The translations under genes were made by a program, and so were the position numbers. DNA of 60,181 nucleotides, the filler included, from Sphacelaria rigidula (lineage: Eukaryota): the NCBI GenBank assembly GCA_964200075.2. It is 10 parts of 10 records of this genome, joined end to end, with 100 filler letters (N's around TTAATTAATTAA, not from the genome) between each part and the next. Parts side by side here need not be neighbours in the genome. Positions count along the whole stretch, not along the records: positions 12,058 to 17,985 come from CAXNAA020023420.1; positions 18,086 to 24,013 come from CAXNAA020023421.1; 8 more parts are not named here. One strand, written 5' to 3'. Of this stretch, positions 12,058 to 22,686 are shown piece after piece. The notes under the pieces are model-generated. The model was not told the DNA's origin. It saw nothing but the letters and a program-made list of their open reading frames with translations, and did not search any database. The stretch's first letter is position 1, and each line of letters starts with the position of its first letter.

Positions 12058-13627
12058 CTCATGACCGCGAGAGACTGAGCGGGTTGGCCAATCTTAGGCG
12101 CCCGCGCACGGCAGGCGAGCTTATGCAGTTCCTGCAGGCGGTAAACTGGCTGAGAACGTCCCTGCCGCGTCTGGCGGAGGTGGTGGAGCCGCTGCGGGTA
12201 TTACTGGAGGAACACATTCAGGGGAACGTGCGCCGTACCAAGCGAGTGGCGTCGAACCGGACAATCGAGGAGTCAGCATAGACGTCCAGGCGTGCTCAGG
12301 CGTGGCACGAGGCGCAAGATTTGGTGGCGCATGCTTTGTCACATCCCAAGCAGGGGTATGAGGTTCTCATGTTTCCAGACGCATCGGATTTACACTGGGG
12401 CAATTTTAATTATGCAGGTGCCCGAGGATGAGCTCGGTGGTATATTGGCGGTGGAGGACATGAGCGATGAGCCGATGGGGCTTCTTAGCGGAACGTTTCG
12501 TGGAGCGCAGGTTCGGTGGGCTACGGTGGATAAGGAAGGCTATAAAATCGTAAATACTTTTCGTAGGTTGAAGTATTTTCTCTGGGGTGGGGTACATATA
12601 TTTACCGATCATCGTAACCTCGTATACATCTTTAACCCCGAGGCGTGCGTTGCATCCGTGTCTATGACTGCTGCCCAGAGACTCGAGCAATGGAAGGCTG
12701 CGCTCGAGCAGTATGATTACTCCATCAGGCACATTGCTGGTGAGCGCAACTGCTGGGAAGATTTATTGTCAAGGTGGGTAAACGTTCCGACGATGTCTGT
12801 GCGTGCTGCGGCCGTGTTTGCGAGCGGTCAGCCTGATGAAACGCTGCCGTCGAAGGACGCTATTCGTGAGGCCCAAGAGCAGGCTCAAGCCGGGTTTGGA
12901 GTGATGGATGCTGGAGCCCCTACCTTTGCTGCAGCTGTTGGGCGAGTTTCAAAAGACGGTGAGGGTTTGTTTCGCGTGAATGTAGCAGGGCGGAATGTGT
13001 TGTGAATCCCGCAGCAAGCAAAAGAGCTGCAAACACGCTTGATGATGTGTGCTCACATAAAGGAGGCGGATCATCGGGGTGTTGGGGCGACACTGCAGCG
13101 GCTGCAAGAGTATTGCTGTTGGTTTCAGATGGAAGTTCATGTGACAGATTTTGTGAGGAAATGCTTGCATTGTGTGGACTCGAAAGCGGGTGAGATGGTC
13201 CCGCGGCCGCCAGGGGAGACAGTGCATGGCACACGGCCAGGTGAGGTGATACATTTTGATTATCTGTACGTTGGCGAAAGTGGCCAGCTGGGCGAGAGCG
13301 GCCTGGATGAAGGCGACGGGTACAAGTACATATTAATTAATGATAGATGACCTGTGCAATTTCGCGTGGTTGGAGCCCACCGAGTCTTGTACAGCTGCAG
13401 CAACTGTGCAGCATCTGCTGACGTGGTGCAAGGCGTTGGGTCCGCCGTAGGTCTGGGTTAGTGACACCGCATCGCATTTTAAGAACCATGTGATGCGAAC
13501 ATTGGAGGAGGCGCTGAAGCTGGACAGGAGGTTCGCGGTTCCAAACTCGCCGTGGTCAAATGGTGCGTGTGAAAGGATGATGCGAGAGGTTGTCCGAACT
13601 TTGAAGGCCATGCTGCAAGAAGAGAGG
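12058..13627 (+). mobile_element. Degenerate Ty3/Gypsy LTR-retrotransposon pol fragment (RT connection, RNase H, integrase)
   Basis: Motifs LMQFLQAVNWLR, FPDAS, LLSGTFRGAQVRWATVDKE, FTDHRNL, IRHIAGERNCWEDLLSR, integrase H..H..C..C (AHIKEADHRG...CLHC), HFDYL, WVSDTASHF and SNGACERMMREV. Several frameshifts and stops. Truncated at 13627 by an LTR. Confidence 0.93.
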
Positions 13628-16609
13628 TGTCATGGTACGATACTTACCACCTGGGTAGGAAGATGCCAGTTCAGTGGGCACCGGGGCTAGCAGGCCCACA
13701 CACATCTTTAGTATCGGAACCATTGAGTTCGATATTATCGAGTGCAAAGTCAGCCACCGCACCAGTGGTCAGGTGGCATGCCATGAGCCACGCAGGCTGC
13801 AGCACAACATGTGTTGCATGAAGGTCAGGCCTACATTTTGTGAAGACCAGAGAATCCTCTGAGATAGCAGTCCCTGATGGCGTAGATGCTCTTGTATTAT
13901 TAGCGTACAGGCTAACTTGTGCTTTGCTAGTTGAGATGCATGGTTCAAAAACGCTGTGTCCCAAGGGGGGCAGCCAAGTCAATTCAATCAAACAATGTAG
14001 TATGACCCATCAGGTACCAAGCATGACAAAGTATGACAAATGGAACCGAGTCGCCTGGAACATGACCAATAAATCTGTAACATCCCCCTAGCCATATTTA
14101 TATGGCTACACACAAATTTATTGGAGCGTTGGAAGGGCCAGAACAAAAACAAAGCCTGTGCATCATACGCCTGAAAGTAAAACGAGAAAAATCTGCTGAA
14201 TTACAGTACAGGGGAAAACTCGTTGCAGATCTAATGAATGGGTAAATCCTGATAAGCAGGGGAAAACTCCATCCGTTAGGAAAGGAAAAAAATATATAAC
14301 GCCCTTTCCAACGACAGAAACAGCAGACAAGTACGGTCGCTGTCGTTTTCCCGGGATCTCAGTTAGACTGGAGAACGATCGGCTAGTTAGCGTGATCGCG
14401 CGTCGACACCCTGGATCAGTTAGACTGGATTCTAGGGTAGTGCGGGGCTTAAACCTCGCTAAAAACAACCTTTCCGCGAACTGATCAATGGTTACAGGAG
14501 TGCAGCTTTTGAGGGGTGCTCTTCTGTAACTACCGATACCTATTCTACTGGAAATAGAGCCTACGCGCCTTGGCTCACACATGTGCCCGTATATCACCAA
14601 ATGGGAAGCAATCGATAACAAAGCGGCACAAGAAAAAGACAAGGAACACTCGAAATTCATGACTGAAGCGTACGGTAGCAGCAATATATAGTTACATATT
14701 CCCTTATTTCACTACCGTATTCCTCTCGCAATGATATCGTGTACCCCATCACACAACAGCCATTCGTACACGTCCATGGCTGCAGTGTATTCTTTGGCTC
14801 CTCCGTTTCAGCTTGGGGCGCTAAACTTCCAAGTAGGATGGCTGTTTCCAGTCTCCATCTTCATATCGTACTCGCCGAGAGAAATTCCCATCATCATACA
14901 CGTGGTGCTTCAGCTCGGCACTGATGTAGCCTTTCCAGGAGGTAGCACCTGTGGCAAAAGCTTTAAGGCATTACTACGTGCGGAAGCGGGGTGCTTCGAG
15001 TGCGATGGCGGGGTCGAAGAAATTGTGGGGTGATACAGGTGCAAAAGGCTTATGACGCAGTACAGAGCAATGGGTTGTGGGAAATATATGAGGAATTGTG
15101 ATCAAAGGAAAGGTGTAGACGATTAAGACGAAAGAAATGTGCCAAAAGTGCGACGGTGCTAGACAGGGAAATATCGAAATATTTTGATATTTTTGAAGGA
15201 GTCGCACCAGGATGTACGTTATCACCCTCTCTAACCGAGGTATTCTTCGATGACCTGCTACAAGCGTGATACATGGCAAAGCAAGGGGTGAAAATGATGA
15301 AACAACTGGAAACAGTGCAGCTGGCCGCAGCTAAGAGAATACTTTGATGCGGAAACGGTGCAAATGGCAGCAAAGAAAAGAATACTTGGATGCAATAAAA
15401 ATAGTGAAGATGAAAACAGTACAGAGGGCAACAGCTCAGAAACTACTTGGATGAAGTGAAGGTGGTGAAGGGGTTGGGGAACAGTGCAGCTTACAGCAGC
15501 TAAGGGAATTACTTGGATGCTCGAAATAAATAGGTACGCCCCCCCCCCCTTTTGAAGTATTTCCCTTTCCCCCACCCGTCAGTGCCTGAAACAACGTCGA
15601 GATTTCGACAATCCAACACGGTGACAGATACAGGCAATGCAGTCCAACACGACACAAATTCAGGGGTCAGGTGGAATGTGGGTGTGGCGTTCCAGTTTGG
15701 TTTCCCTCAAGGTGAGACGCAAACACTCCGGGTATGAGGTGTTTCGGATAGGGTGGGCGGATATGGAAGGAACTTCTTGCTATTGAGACAGCGGTGGTAC
15801 GTGTTTAATGTTTGCGGCCAGTCCAGAGCTCGAAGGGGAATGTGTCAGACAATAACATGGCGTCAGCTCGTCGGGTAGGGTACGATTGCGCAAGAGTGTG
15901 CGTGGAACGTACTATCTCTGGGGCCAAGATTTGTACAATTATGTAACCTCTTCAGCAGCCGTCCCCCTCGGTTCTCGAATCCTGTGAAACTGTATACATA
16001 ATAATGGCGAAAATAAAATAGGCGAAGCATGCTGAGTAAAAATATAAGAATGAGGTACGTTGTACTAAATATACCGAGACAAAGCACAGAAATGACAAGA
16101 AACATGCCCTCACACGCATAAGTTGTACATTGATGCTGCTCGGATCGGACACCATGTCATGGTACGATACTTACGACCTGGGTAGGAAGATGCCAGTTCA
16201 GTGGGCACCGGGGCTAGCAGGCCCAAACACAGTCTTTAGTATCGAAACCATTGAGTTCGATATTACTGAGTGTAAAGTCAGCCACCGCACCAGTGGTCAG
16301 GTGTCAGGCCATGAGCCGTGCAGGCTGCAGCACAACATGTGTTGCATGAAGGTCAAGCTTACATTTTGTGAAGAGCAGAGAATCCTCTGAGATAGCAGTC
16401 CATGATGGCGTAGATGCTCTTGTATTATTGGCGTACAGGCTAGCTTGTGCTTTGCTAGTTGAGATGCTTAGTCCAAAACGCTGTGCCCCAGAGGGGGCAG
16501 ACAGCTCAATTTAATCAAACAATGTAGCATGACCCATCAGGTACCAAGCATGACAAAGTATGACAAATGGAACCCAGTCGACTGGAACATGACCAATGAA
16601 TCTGTAACA
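13628..16609 (-). mobile_element. Non-autonomous LTR retroelement: two 455-bp LTRs, PBS, PPT and a ~2.07-kb internal region with no recognisable gag/pol
   Basis: Direct repeats 13628-14082 and 16155-16609 have TG...CA ends and roughly 90-93% identity by eye. On the minus strand TGGTGTCCGATCCGAG follows the 5' LTR (PBS) and AGGGGGA precedes the 3' LTR (PPT). No matching TSD (AGAGG vs CCAAC). Confidence 0.82.
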
Positions 16610-17403
16610 CCAACGCAGCCCACTCCGTACCGTATTGCCCGTTCGGACTAAAACGAGACTGGCCCGAACACAAACTGGAGTAAAAACCCACAGCCGGTCG
16701 TACCGTCACGTTACTTCGTCCAATAATCCCTGATAAAGACAAAACACCACCGACCGATTTGAGGGGCGGGTAATTGTACGCAAAAAACTGGTAACAAGTG
16801 ACAGAAAAAATAGCGAGTGGCGGACTCTGAGCCTGAAGGCTTTACCAAGGGTCGAATATCGACATGGCGGAACGGACAGTTCCGAAAGGGCAATCTACCT
16901 TACCATGATACGAAATGGTCCTGTATGAGGAGACGTTTGCAGCCGATCTTACCGCGACTTGTATAAAAATTCTTCAACACCGCTGTGTACAACGCGGCCA
17001 GTGGTGGCCTCATTGTAATTTACGAATCACCAAAGTATAAATCATCGCGTCGCATTACCCTTGGCTCTCCTATAAACGAGGTCGGTCACATGCGGCAGGA
17101 CTCGCAAAAAACAGTAGGCCAAGTGTTCTAGACTCGAGGGTCAGGAACGTTGGAACACTCGTGGCGAAATTCCCGCATAGACGCAGAAACCAAAACCAAA
17201 ATAAATACAAAACCAGGGGCACGCTCGGCAACAGCGAAAAAGAAATATCCGCAACAGAAAGCAGAAAGACAACACGTGGCAACCATCGTTGTAAACGGGA
17301 GCGGTTATCGTGTGAACGAAGCAAGCAGGATCAAAAGTTTCAGCCAAGAAGGTCTAAACATTTCAGGCAAACCCATGTTAATATAAAACTCAACGTGGTA
17401 CGC

Positions 17404-17681
17404 ACACAAAAAGGGGACACGTCATTACCGATCCTGAAGGGGGAGGCGGTATGCGTGTACGGGGCGGTTGGGCAAGAGCGCAATTATTACAGACGGGGCG
17501 GTCAGGTATATATGCATCGCTCGCTCCTAAAACTTTCAACCGAAAAGACAAAAAGTAAAACAAATGCCGACAACACATGACACAAAAGGGCACGTCATGA
17601 CCGGTCCCGAAGAGGGGGTGGCATTCGCGTGCGGAGCGATTAAGCAAGAGCGCAATTATTCCAGACGTGGGCATCAGGTAT
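17404..17681. repeat. Diverged direct duplication (~105-bp core, ~175-bp spacing)
   Basis: ACACAAAA.GGG.CACGTCAT.ACCG...GCAAGAGCGCAATTATT.CAGACG...TCAGGTAT at 17404-17510 and 17580-17681. Confidence 0.7.
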
Positions 17682-18085
17682 GGCTAGCGCTTGCTCCGGA
17701 AAAATTTTCCATCGAAACAAACAAATAAAAAAAAAGACCATGTAATAACAAAGCAAGACAAGATGTGCGTACAATGGAAAAAATGAAGAAAAAAATAAGT
17801 CGTGGCAACTGTTCCAGTAGACGGAACGGTTGTGAATGTACGGCGCGGAGGACGGAGGTTCAAGGTTCCAGACTCGGGGTCAGGAATGGAACGGTCGTCA
17901 CGTGTACTTTGCCACATGAACCCAGACAACAAAATTACCCAGTCGACAAAAGAAAAACACGAGGCGAAAAGAGAAGAAAACAAAANNNNNNNNNNNNNNN
18001 NNNNNNNNNNNNNNNNNNNNNNNNNNNNNTTAATTAATTAANNNNNNNNNNNNNNNNNNNNNNNNNNNNNNNNNNNNNNNNNNNN

Positions 18086-18129
18086 CGACTAAGGCAAGCA
18101 ACAAATGAGTACGCCCCCCCCCCCCCCCC
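18086..18129 (+). repeat. Poly-C-ending dispersed repeat, 3' part (copy 2, cut by scaffold start)
   Basis: CGACTAAGGCAAGCAACAAATGAGTACG followed by a C-run, identical to the 3' part of the 50746 copy. Confidence 0.75.
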
Positions 18130-18688
18130 ATTTTGACCTCGTATAAACATTCTTGTTCTTGGCCGCAAGCCATCCAGCATCATCAGAAAAGTCTGGAGGC
18201 CTCTGCCTGCGGCTGCAATAGCTGACCCTCGCATCCCCCCCGGAAAACTTGGGCAAATATAAATGCTTCTCGCGTAGTATAGTTCTACAGTAGTAGCGTG
18301 TGTATGTCACCCCTTGCTTCAACCGAAAATTATCAGTATGGCAGCTGACTATAGAGCCGCCTTTCAATCTGATTACAGAGGATTGGAATGACTTCCTCAT
18401 ATCACTGACGTCCATCGACATGTTTCCCCGTTCTTCTCCGCGTACGCTCTCTTCTCTTTGACGACAGAAACCGGTACAATGGAGACTCTTGCGGTCGTGA
18501 TTCGACATCACAATATTCGCCCAAATATTGGGGCTATATTTCGACCTCTCTCTCTGCATTGATGACACAATGCACCCCAATCAAGAACATCGATAGTGTA
18601 CGCATGTTTCCACTCTCCAAGATACGGTGATCAATGGTACGTTTAATACCCCTCCCCGTCCGCACCTGTCACCGCTCTCCCATTTCAG

Positions 18689-18925
18689 TGCCACTGCAGC
18701 GCGGTAGGAGATGACCCCTCCAAGTTTCCGACATACGATAACTGCACAACGGCCTGCGCCGGCAATGATGCTGAGATCTGCGGCGGAGACTTCGGAATCT
18801 TCCGCCTTATCAACGTATATAGCTTTGAAAAAAACTACAAGTTTTTAGGTTGTTTCGGGGACGACGCAGGGGCGCGCGTGCTATCCGGAAATATCACGGA
18901 GGACGATGTGACCATGACCACCGCG
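18689..18925 (+). CDS. Exon of a tandem WSC-domain protein (end of one WSC, start of the next)
   Basis: TTTCAG|...|GTAAAT, 79 codons, phase 0: CHCSAVGDDPSKFPTYDNCTTACAGNDAEICGGDFGIFRLINVYSFEKNYKFLGCFGDDAGARVLSGNITEDDVTMTTA. Classic WSC C.C...C...C.G.....CGG and LGCF.D...R.L motifs. Absent from the ORF track. Confidence 0.9.
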
Positions 18926-19680
18926 GTAAATGAAGTCGTTTTCTTACTTTTTTGAGAAGCGCGCGCGAAACTCGCGTTCGTCGCCAGCATTCGCGATTAT
19001 TCCTTCACCATTTATATATGCATCCATTCCTATTTTCACTGTTCCTGGTTGAACATTCAATCTTTTGTCGGTTCTGTATGGGGTTTGTTCCGTCACGGAC
19101 GGTTTTAATTCTCCTGCCTCGTCTGCCGTCAGTCGCTCTCATTTGTGTCGATTGATGCCGCTGCTGCTGCATGCTGTTCATGTCGTTGGTGATGTGTCAT
19201 GGTTGCGCCGTGGTTCTTACTGAGGATGACACCCACCCTCCAGGTATCTCCCATGCACCGTGGTTTGGTCACATTTTCCACCGTGAATTATTCTTGGTGG
19301 CAAGAAAGACCGTGCACAGCCGAAACGGGCTCGTGCGTACGACAGGGGATCGTGAACTAATACTGCGTTCTTCAGAAATTTATCACTTCCGCAGCCAGAA
19401 TAAATGAACGAATAGTGCCGCACCTTGTGTTCGGAACGAGTGAAACACGATCTCGCTCTTGTTTCTATACCCGAGCAAATAACCAAATGAGAAGAAACTA
19501 TTTCTTCGTCTGTTGTCCAAATCCGAACACGTGAAAACAAGCCTGTTCTACATTTTTGCAATTTCTGAACACCGACTAGATGGGGCCATCATGATCTTTT
19601 TTGCCCGCCTTGGCCGTCCTCGTTTCCCATCTCTTGTAATAATCCCTGACTATCCTTCTTCTGTATATATATTCTTGCAG

Positions 19681-19737
19681 GCTTGCGCGGAACTCTGCAG
19701 CGGCTCGGTGTACTTCGGAACCGAAGACGGACGAGAG
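19681..19737 (+). CDS. Next WSC-domain exon (ACAELCSGSVYFGTEDGRE)
   Basis: TTGCAG|...|GTGAGG, 19 codons, in phase with 18689-18925. Gives MTTA-ACAELC...YFGTE.GRE, matching WSC C...C....FG...G.EC. The following exon was not found. Confidence 0.88.
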
Positions 19738-21430
19738 GTGAGGACTTGATGACGATAACAGGGATTAATGTCCCGTATGATGCTGACGTAACCACTATTA
19801 TATCAGACAGTTTCCTAATATTGTGGGGGGGAACTTATTTTTTGTTGTGTTTCAGTGCGGCTTTCTTATGACGCATGTACTGCACGACATGGGAACCAAC
19901 TCGGCTTGCGTTCTCTCAGCTTTTGATACCAGTGCATCGAGTAGTGTTGTACACACCAAATGGGGCTCCGACACCTTCCAAGGCCCTGGAAAATCGCGAT
20001 ATATTCTCTTTCGAGAGAGGTTTAGCGGAGGACCACCAAGCGAGACTTCCAAAACCACTTACTGTACTGTATTCTCTTTTTTCGTCGAGAGCTTGGTGCT
20101 TATACTCCCCCTGACGGGCCTTTTTTCATTCTGCAACACCAAAGTTTGACCGTGTAACCGCTCAGGGGTGTAACCATCTGTTGTACCGACATCATGTATA
20201 CTTGAAAGACGGCTGTCAGACTAGGTGCCTATCTGCGAGTGTTCAAACGGCTAACAACAGAGAACGAAAATGGACAGTACTCAGAGGTCTAGTTTGCTTC
20301 AAATGTTGCACAATGCAAGCGTCATCGTTCATGACATGTTTATGTGAATACCGATCCATATGTTGTAGTGTACATTACATGAGTGCAACATACCCCGAGG
20401 AAAACGTTCAAGCTTGACCTGAGCAGGATTGTAAGTCCACCTTCCATCGGCCGAGATTTCACGCCTTTAGTTCTACTTTCATATGTGTTTTCGTGTGCGC
20501 CCAGCTTGTCGCACTCACGCATATTATGTATGTACGTGTGTGTGTACATAAACTCAGAAGCGCGGTTTGCAACACATACTGGTTACTTATACACGAACCC
20601 CTTGCCGGCGGAGCACGTGGTTTTGGATCCATGTACCGCCTGGGGCCAGATTATGACCTCCTGGTTGCACCGTCGCCGTCCGGAACATTATCGGCTGATT
20701 TAAAGAGAGTCAAAGCCAAAGCAATGACTGAGCAGCCCCGCTCTTTTCAAGCATCATCCCCGATGGCAACGTGCCGCGTATTTTGTCAATCAGCACCCCT
20801 GACAACGTGATATCGTTCGACCAACGCATTTTTTCTTTACAATAGTTGGTGGTCCATTTGAGGCCAACCTGACCAGCTGTCGTTACCAAGGGGTGAATGA
20901 AGAAATGGTTCGATGGAGAAGATCCGTCTAGAAATCGTGTTTTCGTGGCGTAGGCAGTGCGCTTTTGAAATACCTGGGAACTAAAAGTACCTGTCGGTCA
21001 ACATCTAGAAGTATAGACAACTACGCCAAGTAACCCGCAAGTAGTGTCTAACCAGTTTCGCAGCGGCTTTTGAATCATCTGTTCCTGGTATCATATGTTC
21101 CGCACCGTGTGCGCATACAGTACTAGTGGTGAGGGATACATGGTCATAGTGTGACGTCAGGAGAACGTCACACGCATTTTTGAACGGGGAAGCAGCGAGG
21201 AACTCGCTACAAAAGCTACTAGGGCCTCGTTTCAATAGCAAGTTTTGTGAAAACAATATTTTCGTGAGATGGAGAGTCTAGTAGTATTGATTGTGCGTGA
21301 GTTCTACTATTCGCTCTAGCTTGACCAACCTTTCACTCCGTATGTGCTGTTCTTTGCCTGCAGTACTATCGTACGCTTACAGCTACACGTCAATATCCTG
21401 ATCAGGGGCATCGGAGGCTTGAGTGGCACA

Positions 21431-22686
21431 CACGTGGACAAATAGCACCCTGTAGGACGAGCTGTACAGGGTTCTCCACAGTCTTTGTGAAAACCCCTGT
21501 GCAGCATTTGAAAACCCTAGTACCTGTAATAGCTTTTTGCATAACGTTTTCGTCGAAACCCTGCAAGCAACCCTGTGGAGAGGCCTTCTCAAATTCGAAA
21601 ATTCCAAAACAATTGGTATAAAATCTGTAAATTTATTTTTTTGGAATAGCTTCTCCTGCTGTCCGAGATAAATTCATTTTTGCCCGACAAATCAGGCAAA
21701 AAAGAGTTTATCTCGGACAGCAGGAGAAGCTATTCAAAACAGATCCTTCTTTCGCCCATTTTATTTGGGCAAAAAAGGGATACATTTTGAACAGCAGCAG
21801 AAGCTATTCAAAGTAGATTCTTTTTTCGCCCATTTAAATTGGGAAAAAAAAATCTATTTCGAACAGCTTGTTCTGCTGCGCAAATCCCATGCACACTGGC
21901 AGAGTTGGAATTAGAACAGCAGAAGGAGCTCAAAATAAATCTTCACTTTGCCCTCCATTTCTATTCGGAAATTGGGGGAAAAGAGGTTTATTGCAAGCTC
22001 AGGTGTGCATATCCCGCATGCTGCACCGTTACCAGCGTTTGGGATTATATACACAACAAACGTTGTTGAAAGCAGTTCATCCTATAGCCTCAAAGGATGA
22101 ATACTTCTCAACAACTTTCGCTGAGCAGAGATCCAACATATTTGTTGCGTGTGTACGTCCACACCTGCATACCTCGCATATCATTCTATATAGCTTTTAT
22201 AAACCCCGTGGTGCGCAGTCTACCAAAATCACTTAACCGAGTATGCTTTTTCCAGAGATGTTTTTGCTTGATAGTTTATAAAAGCATAAAACACAGCGTT
22301 CGCTCCAGCAAGCCAGGTAGCACAATGTGCACACTGTCCCAATCCAAAACACAAAATCGTGAAATCGAGTCCCACTACCGTAATTGTTTTACCGTTTTTC
22401 TCTGCCAGTACCATGCCCATGCTGAATATTGTATATTGTTTGTGCGCTGCAAAGGCTGTACAGCATATTATCAGCGATGAATTCTACACCCTGTGAAGCG
22501 CCCTGTGTGGCACAAAGTAGTACCCTGCAGTCGGATCCCCGCGAGAAACCCTGCACAGTTTCCTTGAACCCTGTGAAGCGTCCTGTGGGGCGCAAAAAAA
22601 CACTACAGCCAGGTCCCCGTGAGAAACACTGCACAGTTTCCCTGAATTTTGTAGACGTGCCCCACAGGGTGCTATTTGTCCACGGG
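21431..22686. mobile_element. Non-autonomous TIR DNA transposon (~1.26 kb) with CCCTGTG subterminal repeats
   Basis: Left end CACGTGGACAAATAGCACCCTGT; right end reverse complement CCCGTGGACAAATAGCACCCTGT. Many CCCTG(T/C) motifs near both ends. Flanks GGCACA/GGCAAA may be an imperfect TSD. No transposase. Confidence 0.75.
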
